Below, piece by piece: positions 24,001 through 37,817 of a DNA stretch of 64,000 nt. Every line of letters begins with the position of its first letter. Position 1 is the stretch's first letter. The DNA is from Azolla caroliniana (taxonomy: Eukaryota > Plantae > Polypodiophyta), in contig JBHGNT010000015.1 in NCBI GenBank assembly GCA_043228905.1, positions 9,176,001 to 9,240,000 of the forward strand, in the 5' to 3' direction. The translations under genes and the position numbers were made by a program. The notes beneath the pieces were generated by a model. It searched no databases. It saw only the letters and a list, made by a program, of their open reading frames with translations, and was not told where the DNA came from.

Positions 24001-26645
24001 ACTCGGAACCCCGACTCCAATCCGAGCTCTGACGATGAGGTCAGCGAGGCCGGGATGCCTTTGGATGAGCCCGAAATCGAGACCCGCGAAGAGAGTCCGA
24101 TTTCACTTCGGTTAAGTGGACCGATTGGACGACTGAGTCGGTACGACCAATCCGATGAAGAGCCGGCGAGTAGTGGAGACTCGGCCATGCATTCCCCGCG
24201 CAGGAAGCCGAGGAGACGGCTTATGCGCAAAGAGAAAGGGAAGAAGAAGGTGTCGGATTCCGGCACGGAAAGGAACGAGTCAGACTGACACGAGTCCGAC
24301 TCCGAGGGAACCGGTGACAGGTCTTTAAAGATGAAGACCGTGTCGACCGAGAAGGCCTCGACATCGGCTAATACGAGATGACGCCGATCTACCCGCCAAA
24401 AGAACCCAGTTGTGCGGTTCGGTTACAACGAGTACATGGTGCATCATTATGCGTACATGACCCGTGTAGCAGAAGTGCGTGAGCCAGAGAGCTATGCAGA
24501 AGTGGCTAAAAACGCGAATTGGCGTGCCACGATGGAGGAAGAGGTGGACGCATTGGCGGAGAACGAGACCTAGGACCTGGTTGACGCACCGAAGGGTGTA
24601 AAACCGATTGGGTGTAGGTGGGTGTACAAGGTCAAATACAACACCAATGGCTCGGTCAACCGGTACAAGGCTCGGCTAGTGGCAAAGGGCTACGCACAGA
24701 AACACGGCATCGACTACGATGAGACGTTTGCGCCGGTCGCGAAAATGACGACCGTCTGTGTTTTGCTGGCAATAGCCGCGGCCAAGGGGTGGCACTTACA
24801 TCAGATGGATGTAAAGAATGCGTTCCTGCAAGGTGACCTTGAGGAACATGTGTACATGGTACAGCCCCCCGGATTTCACTTTGGAACGAACTCCTCGGCA
24901 GTTTGCCGACTAAAGAAGTCCCTTTACGAACTAAAGCAAGCCTCGCATGCTTGGAACGCGAAGATCACGCAACAACTGCGTCGGATGGGCTTCGTCACTT
25001 CAAAATCGGACTCTTCCCTGTTCATCCGGAAAGGTCGACTCGGACCGGTTAGTATTCTACTATATGTGGATGACTTGGTCATCACCGGCGCTGACCTAGG
25101 TGAAATCGACCGCGTGAAGCTCCAGCTTGCGGCATCATTCAAAATGAAGGATCTGCGGGACCTTCATTACTTCCTCGGGATCGAAGTGATCCGTACCCCC
25201 AAAGGCATATTGATCAGCCAACATCATTACGTGCTGAGTATGCTCTTCAAATTCGGGATGGCCGACTGTAAGTCCGTCTCGACTCCTCTAGACAGAACCG
25301 TCAAGCTTCGTCCCGATACGGGAAAGGTATGCGACTCGACGAGGTTCCGACAAATTGTCGAAAGCCTCATATACTTGACCATCACCCGACCCGACCTCAG
25401 TTATCCGGTCGGGGTGATCAGTCAGTTCATGGCGCGACCTACCGAGGAGCACCTTCAGTGTGCTCAACGCATACTTCGGTATGTCAACGGCACTAAGGAC
25501 CGAGGACTGCTATATCAGACCGGTGCAGCCACGCGGTTAGTCGGCTACACCGATGTTGATTGGGCTGGCACCGTCGCCGATTGCCAATCCACGTCCGGAT
25601 ACGCGTTCTCCCTCGGGAGTGCCGCGATCGCGTGGAGCAGTAAGAAGCAGCCGACAGTTGCACTGTCGAGCACCGAAGCTGAGTACCGAGGAGCGGCTGT
25701 CGCAACATGCGAATCCATATGGTTGAAGCGGCTACTTAAGGACCTGCAAGAGGAGGTGTCCGATCCGACGACGATCTACTGCGACAACCTTAGCAGCATC
25801 CAGCTCGCGAAAAAACCCGTTTTCCACGCACTGACCAAGCACATTGAGGTGCACTACCATTTCGTCCGTGAGCGTGTCCTTTCCGGTGAAGTCGAACTTC
25901 AGTACGTTCCGACGAATTGGCAAGCTGCCGACATCTTCACCAAGCCACTTGGTTTGGACAAGTTGCGCAATTCTCAGGTGCGCTCGGATTGCATCACCTT
26001 GACGTGCCGAACTTGAGGAGGAGAACAGTCCCGAACGACCAAGCAAGGCAGCAGGAAAGGAGCGGAGACCGTGACACCGAGTTTGAGTCGGTAGACTCGG
26101 TTGACAAGTTCGACATCGGATCGGCTGAAGAAGTCGAGGGCGGACCCGCGGAAAAGTTCAGAAGCAGACAGAAGGGGGGCAACCGAAGTAGAGAACCGAA
26201 GCCAACCACGCATGAGGAGGATGACGCCATCGAGGGCGAGAAGACCGAAGACGAGTTGGAGACAGCCAACTCGGACGAGAGCGAAAACCGATCGGAGGTA
26301 GCCAAGTCGTTTCAGATGTTTGATTCAGACACGCTGAATCAACCGAGGCCCAAGCAGAAGAAAAGGCAACAAAAGAAGCGTCAACACCGCAACAACAGAA
26401 GAGCTGATGAGGGCCACATGAGCAGACAAGTCGACCGAAAGGGTCGAACGTGCGGAGTCGAACAGGTCGAGGAGCGCGAGCGAGGCGAGAAGCCAGGAGG
26501 AACCGGTGTTGTGAAGATCCCGAAGAGCCTCAAGTTGAGCTTGAGGGGGAGTGTTGAGAGACAAGCTCAACATCGGCCGGATCGGCTGAAGAAGCCGAGG
26601 ACCGGATCGGTTGGGACCGATCGATCGGTTAGGCTGAGTGCTTAA
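21082..26645 (+). pseudogene. Copia gag-pol of B, interrupted by a solo LTR and several stops
   Basis: CWYCDKKGHKESDC, WYVDSGAS, QSDVWG, YKARLVAKGY, LYVDDL, SSTEAEY. Confidence 0.95.
21360..21996 (+). mobile_element. Solo LTR (637 bp) inserted in gag of B
   Basis: TGTTG..CAACA ends. TSD AATCT at 21355-21359 and 21997-22001. Internal GTTACGGAGCCGGATG and GAGAGCAGCCGA repeats. Confidence 0.93.
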
Positions 26646-28025
26646 ACCGGGAGGTCGTTAGGAAAGATATTCCGTGAGGAATATATTTGGGAGTTAGTGT
26701 AGGAGCTCTTGATGAGCATTGAAGTATTGTCAGTACTTCGGTTAGTCCTTCTAGGACTTGTATAAAAGTGCTCACTGAGCACGTCTTATGTACAAACTGA
26801 GTATTATTGTGGAATATAGTTTTTTGTGTTTTCTCTCTCTGTCTCTCCCACGTATACCGTGTAAGCTCAAGCTCTCCATTAAACCTGAGTTTCCTTCCTT
26901 CTGTTTGGTCTTCATACTTGCTTCCGCACGTTACTTTCTACAGAGGAACATCCCGGAAGATAGGCGGTTGACCGGATTTCCTCAAGTGGTGACACCGGTC
27001 ATCCACGCAGAGGTGCTCGAAGTGCAGGCTGGTTGCCAAACCTAGGAGGACGTCGAAGGGCAGCTCCTCGAGAAGTACGGGTTTGATGACTCGCTTCGGC
27101 TATCGAAGCGGGACTTCATGGAATGGGTTGAGACCCCCAGAAAGGGGAGGAGGAACACATTGGCGCTCCTCCAAGAGTTCGCAAAACGGTTTCCCGTTTG
27201 TCGGCGTTAGACAAGACCGTGCTCGACATGAGCCAAGTCCTGTTATTCGTCAAGTCTGTGGACGTGCAGGACCGAGAGTAGGTGGGTCTCCTGTTAGAGA
27301 CGGATGAAGGGCTCACGGTCGATTGGGCTGTGGTGAAGAGGGTTTGCAGTCATTTTGACAAATAACGCGAGTGGAGCGACGAGGGGTCGTCGAAAGTGGG
27401 ACCAGTTGTGGCAAGGAAGCTTGAGGAGCCGTTGCCGGCGCGCAAGGAGGAGGCCCGGAGTTGGCTAGAGACAGGCTCGGCCCTGACCAGCGTGGTTAAG
27501 GGACCATCCGGAGGAGCAATTCTGGAAGAGTTGACACATATGGTGCGTGATCTTCAAATCGCCCAGGCCCGGAGGGATAGCGGAGGCCAACCGCGGGACC
27601 AGAAGCCTCCGGCAAGACAATGATGCATGTGGTGCGACGCGGTCGGCCACGTTCAGAAGGAGTGTGCGGACTTTGCCGACGTGCTTAGAAGCAATGTAGT
27701 GTATCTGTGGAACGGGCGGGTGCACGCTGGCAACACCCGGCAAGCCTTAGAGTTGAATACCAGGCGTGGGGGAATGAAGCGATTGATGGAAGAACTCGTG
27801 GTGCAACACACTGAAGCGATCCACTACTCACATCGGCCGAAATCCGGGCCGGCAGTGATAGTGGCAGCAAAGGAGCGAAAGACTCTGGATTCTAGCCCTC
27901 GGTGCTTCAAGGGCTCTCGGGAGTACGACTAATGAAGGAAGAAGCAAAGTGCGCAGAGAAGCAGATCCAAGAGGTTACCGGATGGGACGATCCGGTCGAG
28001 GAGAAGACCGGATTCGTGGAAGCGG

Positions 28026-29404
28026 TGTCGTGTGAATCTTCACACACTATGTAAAAAAATAATGAAATAATTATTATAGATTAGATTAGTAGCTTACTAT
28101 AGAAAGATGGATATACTCAAGAGGTTCAAAATGTATTTTACTATATACAAAATGGAGAAATACATATCAAGTTATGAGAAAATAAAGTTTGAGAAGATAG
28201 GGAAATTAGAACTATCCCACATAGATAGGAAAGTTAAGGCCCTGGCTATATAAACACCTTGAGCTCCTTCATTTTTCATTTGTGCTAAAAGCACTTTGGC
28301 CACTTTGTCTTGATGGATGATGGTGGCCAAATTCCCTAAAACCGGAAACTGGCCGGTAAACAAATCTGGAAACCGGTCGGTAAGCAAATCCGGAAACCAG
28401 CCGGTATGCAATCCGGAAATCGGCCGGTATGCAAAATTGGAATCGGCCGACAAGCAAACCGGAACCGGAACCGGCTGGCAAGCAAACCGGAACTGGAACT
28501 GGCCGGCAAGCAAACCGGAACCGGAACCAACCGGCAAGCAAAACCGGAACCGGAACCGGTATGCAAATTGGAAACCGGCCGGTAAGCAAAACCGGAACCG
28601 GAACCGGTATGCAAATTGGAAACCGGCCGGTAAGCAAAACCGGAACCGGCCGGCAAGCAAAATCAGAACCGAAATTGGCCGACAAGCAAAATGGAACCGG
28701 CTACTGGACGAGGTTGGACGCGGACGGACGAAAGATTGGATCATGCAACAAACTAAAGTAAAGGCCATGTGGACGCAAGCAACTAAAGTTGGAGTGCATG
28801 GAAAAAGTAAAGGTCATGTGGACAGTCACATGCAACCAAAAGAAAAAGCTAAGCAACTAAAAGTAGAGGCCATGCAACAAAAAGTAGAAAGGCTATGATC
28901 AAGGGAGAACTCTATATATATTCCATTTTTTTTCTTACACTAGGGGACTCTCCATATTATCTCGATTATTTTTCTTTTCCTTCTCAACTCCCTTATCTTA
29001 GGGAAGCCATATCTCTCATAAACCCTAATTTCCTTACGGAATCCAAAAACCCTAATCTTCCCTACGGAAGCCATAACACTAAAAAACACTAATCTTCCCT
29101 ACGGAAGCCATAATACTCATATAACCATAATCTCTTATCAAAGCCAAGAACCCTAAATCTCTATGGAATCCATATCTTAGTTTCTTCTAATCTATTTATT
29201 CTAGCAATCTCCTTAAGATAAAACTTTTGTAATCTCAATCTTGAGATTGATTGTAATCTTTCTTTCCCTTTATTAATGAAATTTGTGAATCTTTATCATT
29301 TTGCATTAATTGTTTAATATAATCATTCGAATCTGATATCTTTCGGTTGGAGGCCCTGGGGTCCTGCCTCAAAGTTCACGTATCCTCGTCGTATTTTTCC
29401 GACA
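28026..29404 (+). mobile_element. Large solo LTR (1379 bp) inserted in gag of D
   Basis: TGTCG..CGACA termini. 4-bp TSD GCGG at 28022-28025 and 29405-29408. Removing it restores FVEAACQNY in D. Confidence 0.85.
28338..28702. repeat. AACCGG/CCGG-rich minisatellite with 48-bp higher-order duplication
   Basis: Repeated AAACCGGAACCGGAACCGGTATGCAAATTGGAAACCGGCCGGTAAGCA units. Confidence 0.9.
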
Positions 29405-30431
29405 GCGGCGTGCCAGAACTACGAGGTTCTAGTAGAGGAGAAGCGTGCGGGAAAGGCCGGAGGAGCCGGACCCTTACAGCAGTATGAGACCCGGTTCAGG
29501 CCGAAGCAAAATGATGCCGGTAACATCGGCGCACCGGATAGAGAGGTCGACGGACCTGCGGAAGGTCCTCCAAGAGCGGATTCTCAACATCAAGGTGGAG
29601 CTATCGCTGAGGGAGGTACTCGGGATCGCCAAGAAGGAGTTCCACGATTCCGTCGTGGATTGGTGAAGCGCAAACGCCTCTCGACGGAGCCGAAACCGGA
29701 GAAGCCTGTGGAGGTGCGGACAGCGCACCTAGAAGATATGGTCCAGGAGGACAAGTTGGTGGAGAGCCACTATTCGAAGTTGCACTGGGAAAGAGCTACT
29801 ACAGAAACCACGGTTCAGATTGGGGACGTCCAGGAGTCGGTGGTGGCATTGATAGACCATGGATCTGAAATCAACCTGATGTCTATGGACTTCTACAACA
29901 ACGGAAAGTGGCTGATCAACACCAATCACGGGTGGAAGATACGCGCGGCGACACCCGCTACGGAGGAACTGCACGGGGCATGCCCGAATGTACGTGTGAA
30001 GATCGGAGATGTCGAGATTGACCAGCACTTTTTCGTGCAGGAGATATCTTCACACCCGGTGATACTCGGCGAACTATACATTATGGCGGCTTGCATAGAG
30101 ACTGTTGAGCGGCAAGCTCAACCAGAGCCGGATCGGCTGAATAAGCCGGAGCCGGTAAGCGAGACGGATCGGGCAAAACGGATCGGTATGACGGTGAGCA
30201 ACCGAACCGGCAAGCAGTGGAGGTCGGGTGCAATCCGTAACCGGCAGTCCAATCGGAAGCCTAGAATAGGATAGACTACTAGGTATCTATAGTCTCGTAG
30301 TAAGTGTCAGATGCTCGTGTGAGCATTGAAGTACATGGTACTTCTGTCAATCCCAAGAGGCCTTGTATAAATAGTGCTACTTAGCACAGTGTGTAAACAG
30401 AGCCTTGATATAATTTTGGAATTACGTTCTG

Positions 30432-30473
<42 letters not shown>

Positions 30474-31599
30474 TGTTCTCTGTTCTACGCTTCCGCAAAC
30501 ACTCACGTTTACATGGTATCAGAGCGCAAGGGTTGAGAACCTTTGCTGCAGACATTTACTCTTGAGAAGAAAACCCTAACAGGTTGAAAACAGACACAGT
30601 AGAAGACATGGATAGAGGCATGGCTACGTCGCTCCCGGTGGAGAAGCTCGACAGGAGCAACTACGCATCCTGGTCTTACAAGATGCACCAGTTGTTATGT
30701 ACACATAACGTTGGTGAGGGTAGGTCACTAATATTTACATTAGTGAAGGGTATGTTCACTATTATTAAAAAGGGGACTAATGATTGGATAGAATGAATGA
30801 TATGTGCATGCACTATCATGATTTAGACAACCAATGAATAGAGAGCCTTTTAGAAAGGCACATCTATTCAAGGGGCCTAGGAAAAGGTATAAATATGAGG
30901 CTTAGCTACCCTCATAGGAGGATCACGTCGGAAGGCTGCTGTCGTAGACACCGGTGGTGCGGGCTAGGCTTTCGTCTCGACGATCGTGTTTATCTCTTCC
31001 AAGGTATTAGTTATCCTAATATCCGGCGGTATGGGACGTCGGTGGTAGGTTGGCTATGTCTAGATCATAGCTCGGGGGTGGTCGGGTGGAACGGGTTCTT
31101 CTATCCAATCTATTTTCTTCCTTTTTACTTGATTTGGTCTATTGATTAGTAATAGACTCTTAACAGTGGTATCAGAGCTTTTACTAACAATTTTTTTGTT
31201 GTTTTGATGTTTTTTGCGTGTGAGCGAGGGGGATCTAACAAGGCTCGTCATGCTCTTCTCAGGATCAAAACAACACTCTAAACCCGGTATTCTTCTTTTT
31301 TGATCTCTTCTCTTTTTCTATTATGCGTTCTTTATGGTCGAATCAAATTGGTATTACGTTTTATTCTCTTTCTCTCTACCTCCTACTACGCTACGATTTT
31401 ACTTATTATTATGCATCGGGCCGAGCATGTTTGCACTAATCGCACACGCTCAACTCATGGCCTTTTGCATATTGCGATATATATCCCACTCTCTCCTCTC
31501 TTGAACTCTTACGATAATAATTATTCTTGTGCATTGGGTCGAGCGTGTTTGCTCTAATCGCACACGCTTATCTCATGGCCGTTTTGCATAGGATGTTGA

Positions 31600-31937
31600 G
31601 TATACCACTCTTCCCCTCTATTGAGCCATCACTTGGCTGATTCTAAGGGATGATGTGGCCTTGACGAGGTGTATGTTGCCTACCTATGCCACTCTACTCT
31701 CTATTAAGCCATCAATTGGCCGATTCTATGGGATGATGTGGCCTTGACGAGGTATATGTAGCTTACATATGCCACTTTCCTTTTTAATTAGCCATCAATT
31801 GGCCGATTCTAAGGGATGATGTGGCCTTGACGAGGTATATGTCACTTACCTATGCCACTTTCCTCTTTAATTAGCCATTACTTGGCCGATTCTAGGGATA
31901 GGTGGTGATCTTGAGGAGGTGCATGTCAACTACCCTA
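31600..31937. repeat. Four 83-bp tandem repeats in the 5' UTR of F
   Basis: TGATGTGGCCTTGACGAGGT recurs at 31651, 31734 and 31817, with a diverged fourth copy. Confidence 0.9.
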
Positions 31938-32927
31938 GGGTTTCGTATCTTAGGGCATGTTTGATTCCATACACCTAATTGTTGATTATTCTAATTAAAT
32001 TTTAATTTCATAAGTATTGTTTCACTTATATGATTTTCTAGTAATTATTATTTACCCGCCCACAATTAACTCTCCTTTTTCCACTTCCTTTTCATGTATA
32101 AAGTATTTACATCGTTTATTTTAATGTAACCTTTACGTGTAGACTATTTTTTCGTATGGAGTGGCTTGTTGAACGATTTTTTTTCAACGGGTCATCTAGG
32201 TTTAACTCTCATCATCAAGCCTTAGAAAACGAGTAAAACCATATGAGTTCCCTTATTGATGTTTTACTCATGGATTTGAGTATTACATCTTTGCGCACAA
32301 CACCGTCATCACTTGTATCAATTTGTGGCTTATGTCACAATTGTGCAAGTTATAACAATCATATTGGGATGTATATGTGCATACCTTGCACTTCCCATTT
32401 ATTTGTGACATTGTTTTTTTTGTAGGTAACACATGGGTTCTTTTTTTTCTTTTTTTTTTTACCCTTGTTTTCGACACTACTTAACTCTTATGAGTAGTGC
32501 CTTATTTTATCATTTTATCATCACGTTTGCTTATTGCTCGCAAGACTAGAATATTACTTGTGAGTGCACTTGTTTTTTCACGTAATACACTTTCTCGACC
32601 ATATAATACATGATGGGTTGGCATTAATATAAGGCTATCTAGGAAATTTCATTGATGTAAGAACCATGGTTGAGCCTCGGGGAGCCGCCGTGATTACTCA
32701 AGATAGAGATCCGAGAAATACATCTTAGCTATGTTTTCCCCCATGGTTTTTAAAACACCATAGTGTTACCATAGTTATCGGATCTCGAATCACATCTCAT
32801 ATGTCTAGAGGGGAAAGACATGAGATACTTTCTTGGATAAAGTTCTTTCAATCAAAATTTCAAGCATTCATTTTGCTTGTGTATTTTCTGAACCTCCTTA
32901 TTTTATTGCATACCCACAGCGTGCATC

Positions 32928-35900
32928 ATGGAACAAGTTTTGAACGCAGTTGGAACGATCTCTCCAAATGAGACCTCTCAACCCCAATCCGCATCTCGCA
33001 CACAAGCTGAGATCACTATTGAGCAATTGCTCACTACTACCTTGAATCAATTGGCCGAAATGAGACAGGCCAATATGGCATTGGAAAAGAAATTCCAAGA
33101 ATTAACTATTGAGTCCAAGAAAGAAGGTGAACCTTCCTTCGTAGTCACGCCTTTCAAGGGAGATAAGAAAGAAAGAACCGAGGAAGCCATTAGCACTTGG
33201 CTTGGTCGTTGGGAGTCTCACTTTGAGCTTCATCCCAAGCCCGATGCAGTAAAAATTGGTTATGTCGGTCGTGAGTTAGGTGGCCGAGCTGCTGCTTGGT
33301 GGCGTGGCCTAAGGACCGCAAAAAAACTTACCCACAACTTGGGAAGGTTTCGTTGATGTTTTTAAGAAACAATTCTTGCAGCCACCTTCTCAAACCGAAC
33401 AAGCGCAACACTTGCTCGCATTGTCTAGTAAGCCATTTACCTCTCTCGAGGATTATGTGCATCACGCTCGGACCCAGATCCAAAAATCGGGACTTACGGG
33501 TGAGAAATGGTTTGTCGCTTGTTTTTTGAATGGTATTCCCAATGGGGATTATCATTGGATTGTCCATGACAAGGACCCCACAACTTTCGAGGAAGCCGTC
33601 AACATTGTGCTGCGATACCATAGGACTTCCAAGAAAGACCACAATAAACCTGAGTTCGCCAAAACTCCGAATGTCAAGTTCATTGGGAAACGTAAGCAAT
33701 CCAGTGACACTCTTGACCGCGACTCAAAGAAACCGAACCTCTTCTGTGCATATTGCAAGAAGCGGGGCCACACAAAGGATACCTGTCGTCGTCTTGAGAG
33801 GAAGTCAATGAACACCCCTCCTCAAGACAAATCTACGAGTCACACAGGTGAGTCTTTTGATATTGTTGAAGTTCATACCAATCACTTAAGTTTATGTGAA
33901 TGCACTTTTCCTTCACATTTACTTGGACCTAATGATTTACTCCGAGCAGTCGGATATATCAATGGAACACAAGCACATTTCTTGTTTGATTCCGGTAGTT
34001 CTCACAATTTTCTTAATGATCACTTTGTGCAGCAAATGGAGCTCCACATAAACGCAAGTGATCATATCTATCAAGTTCACATGGCAAATGGAAACGTTCA
34101 ATACATCAGTAGCATTGTTTGTCAACTGCCAATTCAAATAGATACTTATTTGGAGAAGCTTGACTTTCATGTTATGAAATTACAATCCGCAGATGTCATT
34201 TTAGGATATCCTTGGTTTTTTAATAAAAACCCTTCTTTGTCCATTGATTGGGTTAATCACTCAATCACATTTGAACTTAATAATTGTAAACATTTTATTC
34301 AATGTTCCAAACTTCCTTCTCATTCACTTGTGTCTTCTAAATCTTTAAGTGAGTATTCTAGTTCATTAATTTATTCGTGTGTAATTGATCCTGCGGTTCA
34401 ATTTTATTATTTTAATATTGACGCCACACAATTACCACATTTTGAGCAACGATTACTCGACTCTATTTTAGAGGATTTTCAAGATGTGTTTCCTACTGAA
34501 TTACCGCTTACTTTACCACCTAAACGTAATGTGGACCATCAAATTGAACTCATCCCTGGGGCTGCTCCTGTGAGCATTCCACCTTACCGACTTAGTCGAT
34601 TAGAAGAGGATGAGATCGCTAAACAACTTAAGGAATACTTGAGTATGGGCCACATTAGGTATAGTAAATCACCTTGGGGTGCGCCAGTTCTATTAGTCAA
34701 GAAGAAGGAAGGTTCGTGGCGAATGTGTATCAATTATTGCCGTTTGAATAAAATGACAATTAAGAATGCATATCCATTACCTCGTGCCGATGATTTGATT
34801 GATCGTTTGCACGGGGCTCGATATTTTACAAAAATTGACTTACGAACTGGTTATCATCAGATTCGCATCGCCAAGGATGATATTCCTAAAACCGCTTTTC
34901 GTACGCGCTATGGCCATTATGAGTTTTTAGTCATGCCATTTGGGTTGACTAATGCTCCAGCCACATTCCAACAAGCGATGAATGATGTTTTCCAAGATCA
35001 ACTCGGTGATTTTGTTGTCGTCTTCTTGGATGATATTTTGATATATAGCCGTACCTTGCAAGATCATGTTCAACATGTTCGATTTGTTTTGCGAAAGTTG
35101 CGTGACAACTCTTTCTATGCAAAACATTCAAAATGTGACTTCTTCCAAAAATCTATTGTGTACCTAGGTCATTTAATTACAGAAAATGGCGTTGAAATTG
35201 AACCTTCTCGTATTGAAAAGGTTAAACTTTGGCCCATTCCTCGTAATATTCGTGAACTTAGATCATTCTTAGGGTTTGTTGGATTTTTACGAAAATCAAT
35301 TCATAACTATTCCAAATTGACTACGCCATTAACTGACCTTTTAAAAGGTCATCCACCTAAGTCTGTCAAACCAATTTCATGGAATGAACAACTTGACAAA
35401 TCATTTGAGACACTCAAGGAGCATGTGTGTCAGGCTCCCACTCTTCTATTACCAGACCCTTCTAAGCCTTTCTCAATTGAAACCGATGCTAGTGATTATG
35501 CTATTGGTGCCGTTCTTTATCAAGGTGGTCACCCTATTGCTTTTGAAAGTAAGAAGCTTGATGCTGCTCAATCTCGGTATTCGGTTCAAGAGAAAGAGTT
35601 GTTTGCGGTGATACACGCACTTAAAACATGGAGGCACTATCTCTATGGAAATAAATTTGTGGTTACAACAGACCATCAATCATTAAAGTATTTTTGTGAC
35701 CAGCCCGATCTTGTTGGTCGTAAAGGCCGTTGGGCTGACCTTATGCAAGATTTTGATTTTTCCATACGATATCGCAAGGGTTCTATGAACACCGTTGCTA
35801 ATGCTCTTAGTCGCATTAAAGAAGTTAACATGCTTAGCTTCACGGAAATAAAATCTGATCTTTTAGATCACCTTCGAGGGAAATACCTTGATGACAGTTA

Positions 35901-37332
35901 TTTCTCAAAATACTGGACGAAAGCCGAATCTGGTTTAGATGCCGATACTAGCACCCTACCCTCGAAGGCGACCTTTCACATTACAAACGGTTTGCTCTAC
36001 CGTAGTGGAAAGGTCTGTGTTCCAGATTTACCAAATGTTAAACAGAAAATTTTTCATGAATGTCATGATGCACCATCTGCTGGTCATCCTGGAATACAAC
36101 GCACACTCGTTCTCATCTCGTGTACTTTTTTCTGGCCTAAGATGCGCTCTGACGTGCATAAATACGTAACTCAATGCTTACAATGTCAGATTAATAAGTC
36201 GGAACGACTTAAAGCTGTTGGTCTTTTACATCCCTTAGATATTCCCAACAATAAATGGGAAAGTATCTCGATGGATTTTATTGTTAGTTTACCTCGTACA
36301 CAGAGGGGTCATGATGCCATATGGGTTGTCGTTGACAGGCTAACAAAATTAGCTAGATTTATTCCTACAAAAACCACGGTAACCGCTCAACAGTTGGCTT
36401 ATCAATTTGTTGATGAGTTATTTCGTTTTTATGGATTACCGATGGATATTGTTAGTGATCGAGATTCCAAGTTTACTAGTGACTTTTGGACTCAGGTCTT
36501 TAAGAAACTAGAAACTACGTTGAGCATGAGTTCCGCAGATCATCCTCAGTCTGATGGACAAACTGAACGAGTTAATCAAATTATTGAGGACATGCTTCGA
36601 GCTTATGTAGCAAAAACCCCTTCTAAGTGGGAGCAATACCTTCCTATCTTAGAATTTGCCTATAATAGCTCTAAACATACATCCACTGGATATAGTCCTT
36701 TTATGTTGATGTATGGTTTTCAGCCACGTGCCCCAGTTGATGTCACGATTCATCGTGATACATTAGACAGTACACGCAATTTTTTGCAAGACATGAACCA
36801 AATGTTGCATATTGCCAAAGAAAATGTCAAGACAGCTCAAGATCGTGCTCGATTTTATGCTGATCAGGATAGACGTCCTCGTGCATTTACTATTGGTCAA
36901 AAAGTTTTTTTGCGTGTCCCGACTGATTCTACGTCATTATCTACGGGCAAGTGTGCTAAGTTAGCCCCACGATATTGTGGCCCATTTGAAATCCTTAAGC
37001 GAGTTGGGTCATCTGCTTATCACCTTGCCTTACCTCGTAACGTTGGTATTCATCCTGTTTTTCACGTCAGTCGTCTAAAACCATTTTTAGGCTCTGGTGA
37101 TAACACCATCACAATCCAAGATCTTGTAACATTAGAGGATTTTTCTTACAAACCTCATGTTCCTGAACGAATTCTTGATTCTCGTACTAAACGTTTACGT
37201 TCTAAAGAGATTCGGCTATTCAAGATCAAATGGATGGATAAACCTATTGATGATGCCACATGGGAACGCGAGCATTCGCTTAAGGCACAATTTCCTCACT
37301 TTATATTGCAAGAGTGCAATCTTTTGAAGTAG
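32928..37332 (+). pseudogene. Gag-pol of F (gag, CCHC, protease, RT, RNase H, integrase, chromodomain) with one +1 frameshift near 33325
   Basis: ORFs 32928-33356 and 33376-37332. Motifs CAYCKKRGHTKDTC, FLFDSGSS, FLDDIL, ETDASDYA, SMDFI/VSDRD/GQTE, YCGPF, VPERILDSR..IKW..DATWE. Confidence 0.93.
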
Positions 37333-37817
37333 GGGAGTATGTTATGTACACATAACGTTGGTGAGGGTAGGTCACTAATATTTACATTAGTGAAGGGTAT
37401 GTTCACTATTATTAAAAAGGGGACTAATGATTGGATAGAATGAATGATATGTGCATGCACTATCATGATTTAGACAACCAATGAATAGAGAGCCTTTTAG
37501 AAAGGCACATCTATTCAAGGGGCCTAGGATAAGGTATAAATATGAGGCTTAGCTACCCTCATAGGAGGATCACGTCGGAAGGCTGTTGTCGTAGACACCG
37601 GTGGTGCGGGCTAGGCTTTCGTCTCGACGATCGTGTTTATCTCTTCCAAGGTATTAGTCATCCTAATATCCGGCGGTATGGGACGTCGGTGGTAGGTTGG
37701 CTATGTCTAGATCATAGCTCGGGGGTGGTCGGGTGGAACGGGTTCTTCTATCCAATCTATTTTCTTCCTTTTTACTTGATTTGGTCTATTGATTAGTAAT
37801 AGACTCTTAACACCAGT

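Larger units (their letters stand above)
20623..26942 (+). mobile_element. Copia element B (same family as A), defective
   Basis: LTRs at 20623-21009 and 26552-26942. TSD GAGGA at 20618-20622 and 26943-26947. PBS at 21010-21021. PPT at 26540-26551. Confidence 0.97.
20442..30102 (+). pseudogene. gag-protease of element D in pieces (20442-20622, 26948-28025, 29409-30102)
   Basis: MRGFELAE..RAEMIMR|NIPEDRRL is contiguous over the B TSD. Zinc knuckle CMWCDAVGHVQKEC and protease VALIDHGSEINLM. Confidence 0.8.
30693..37812 (+). mobile_element. Element F: chromovirus Ty3/gypsy retrotransposon, near intact
   Basis: 473-bp LTRs at 30693-31165 and 37340-37812 with about 3 mismatches. TSD CCAGT at 30688-30692 and 37813-37817. 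iMet PBS at 31167-31178. PPT at 37326-37339. Confidence 0.97.

Noticed and set aside
28172-28898. Long repetitive ORFs (NRNRNR, TGTGTG, FRFRF) in several frames
   Set aside because: They are a by-product of the stop-free AACCGG array in an LTR.
31600-31937. 83-bp repeats as a CRISPR array or hammerhead ribozymes
   Set aside because: Whole units repeat without unique spacers, there are no cas genes, and no CUGANGA plus GAAA core was found on either strand.
33318-33332. A AAA AAC as a programmed -1 frameshift in F
   Set aside because: The downstream ORF needs a +1 shift and the site is in mid-gag. A homopolymer insertion or sequencing error is simpler.
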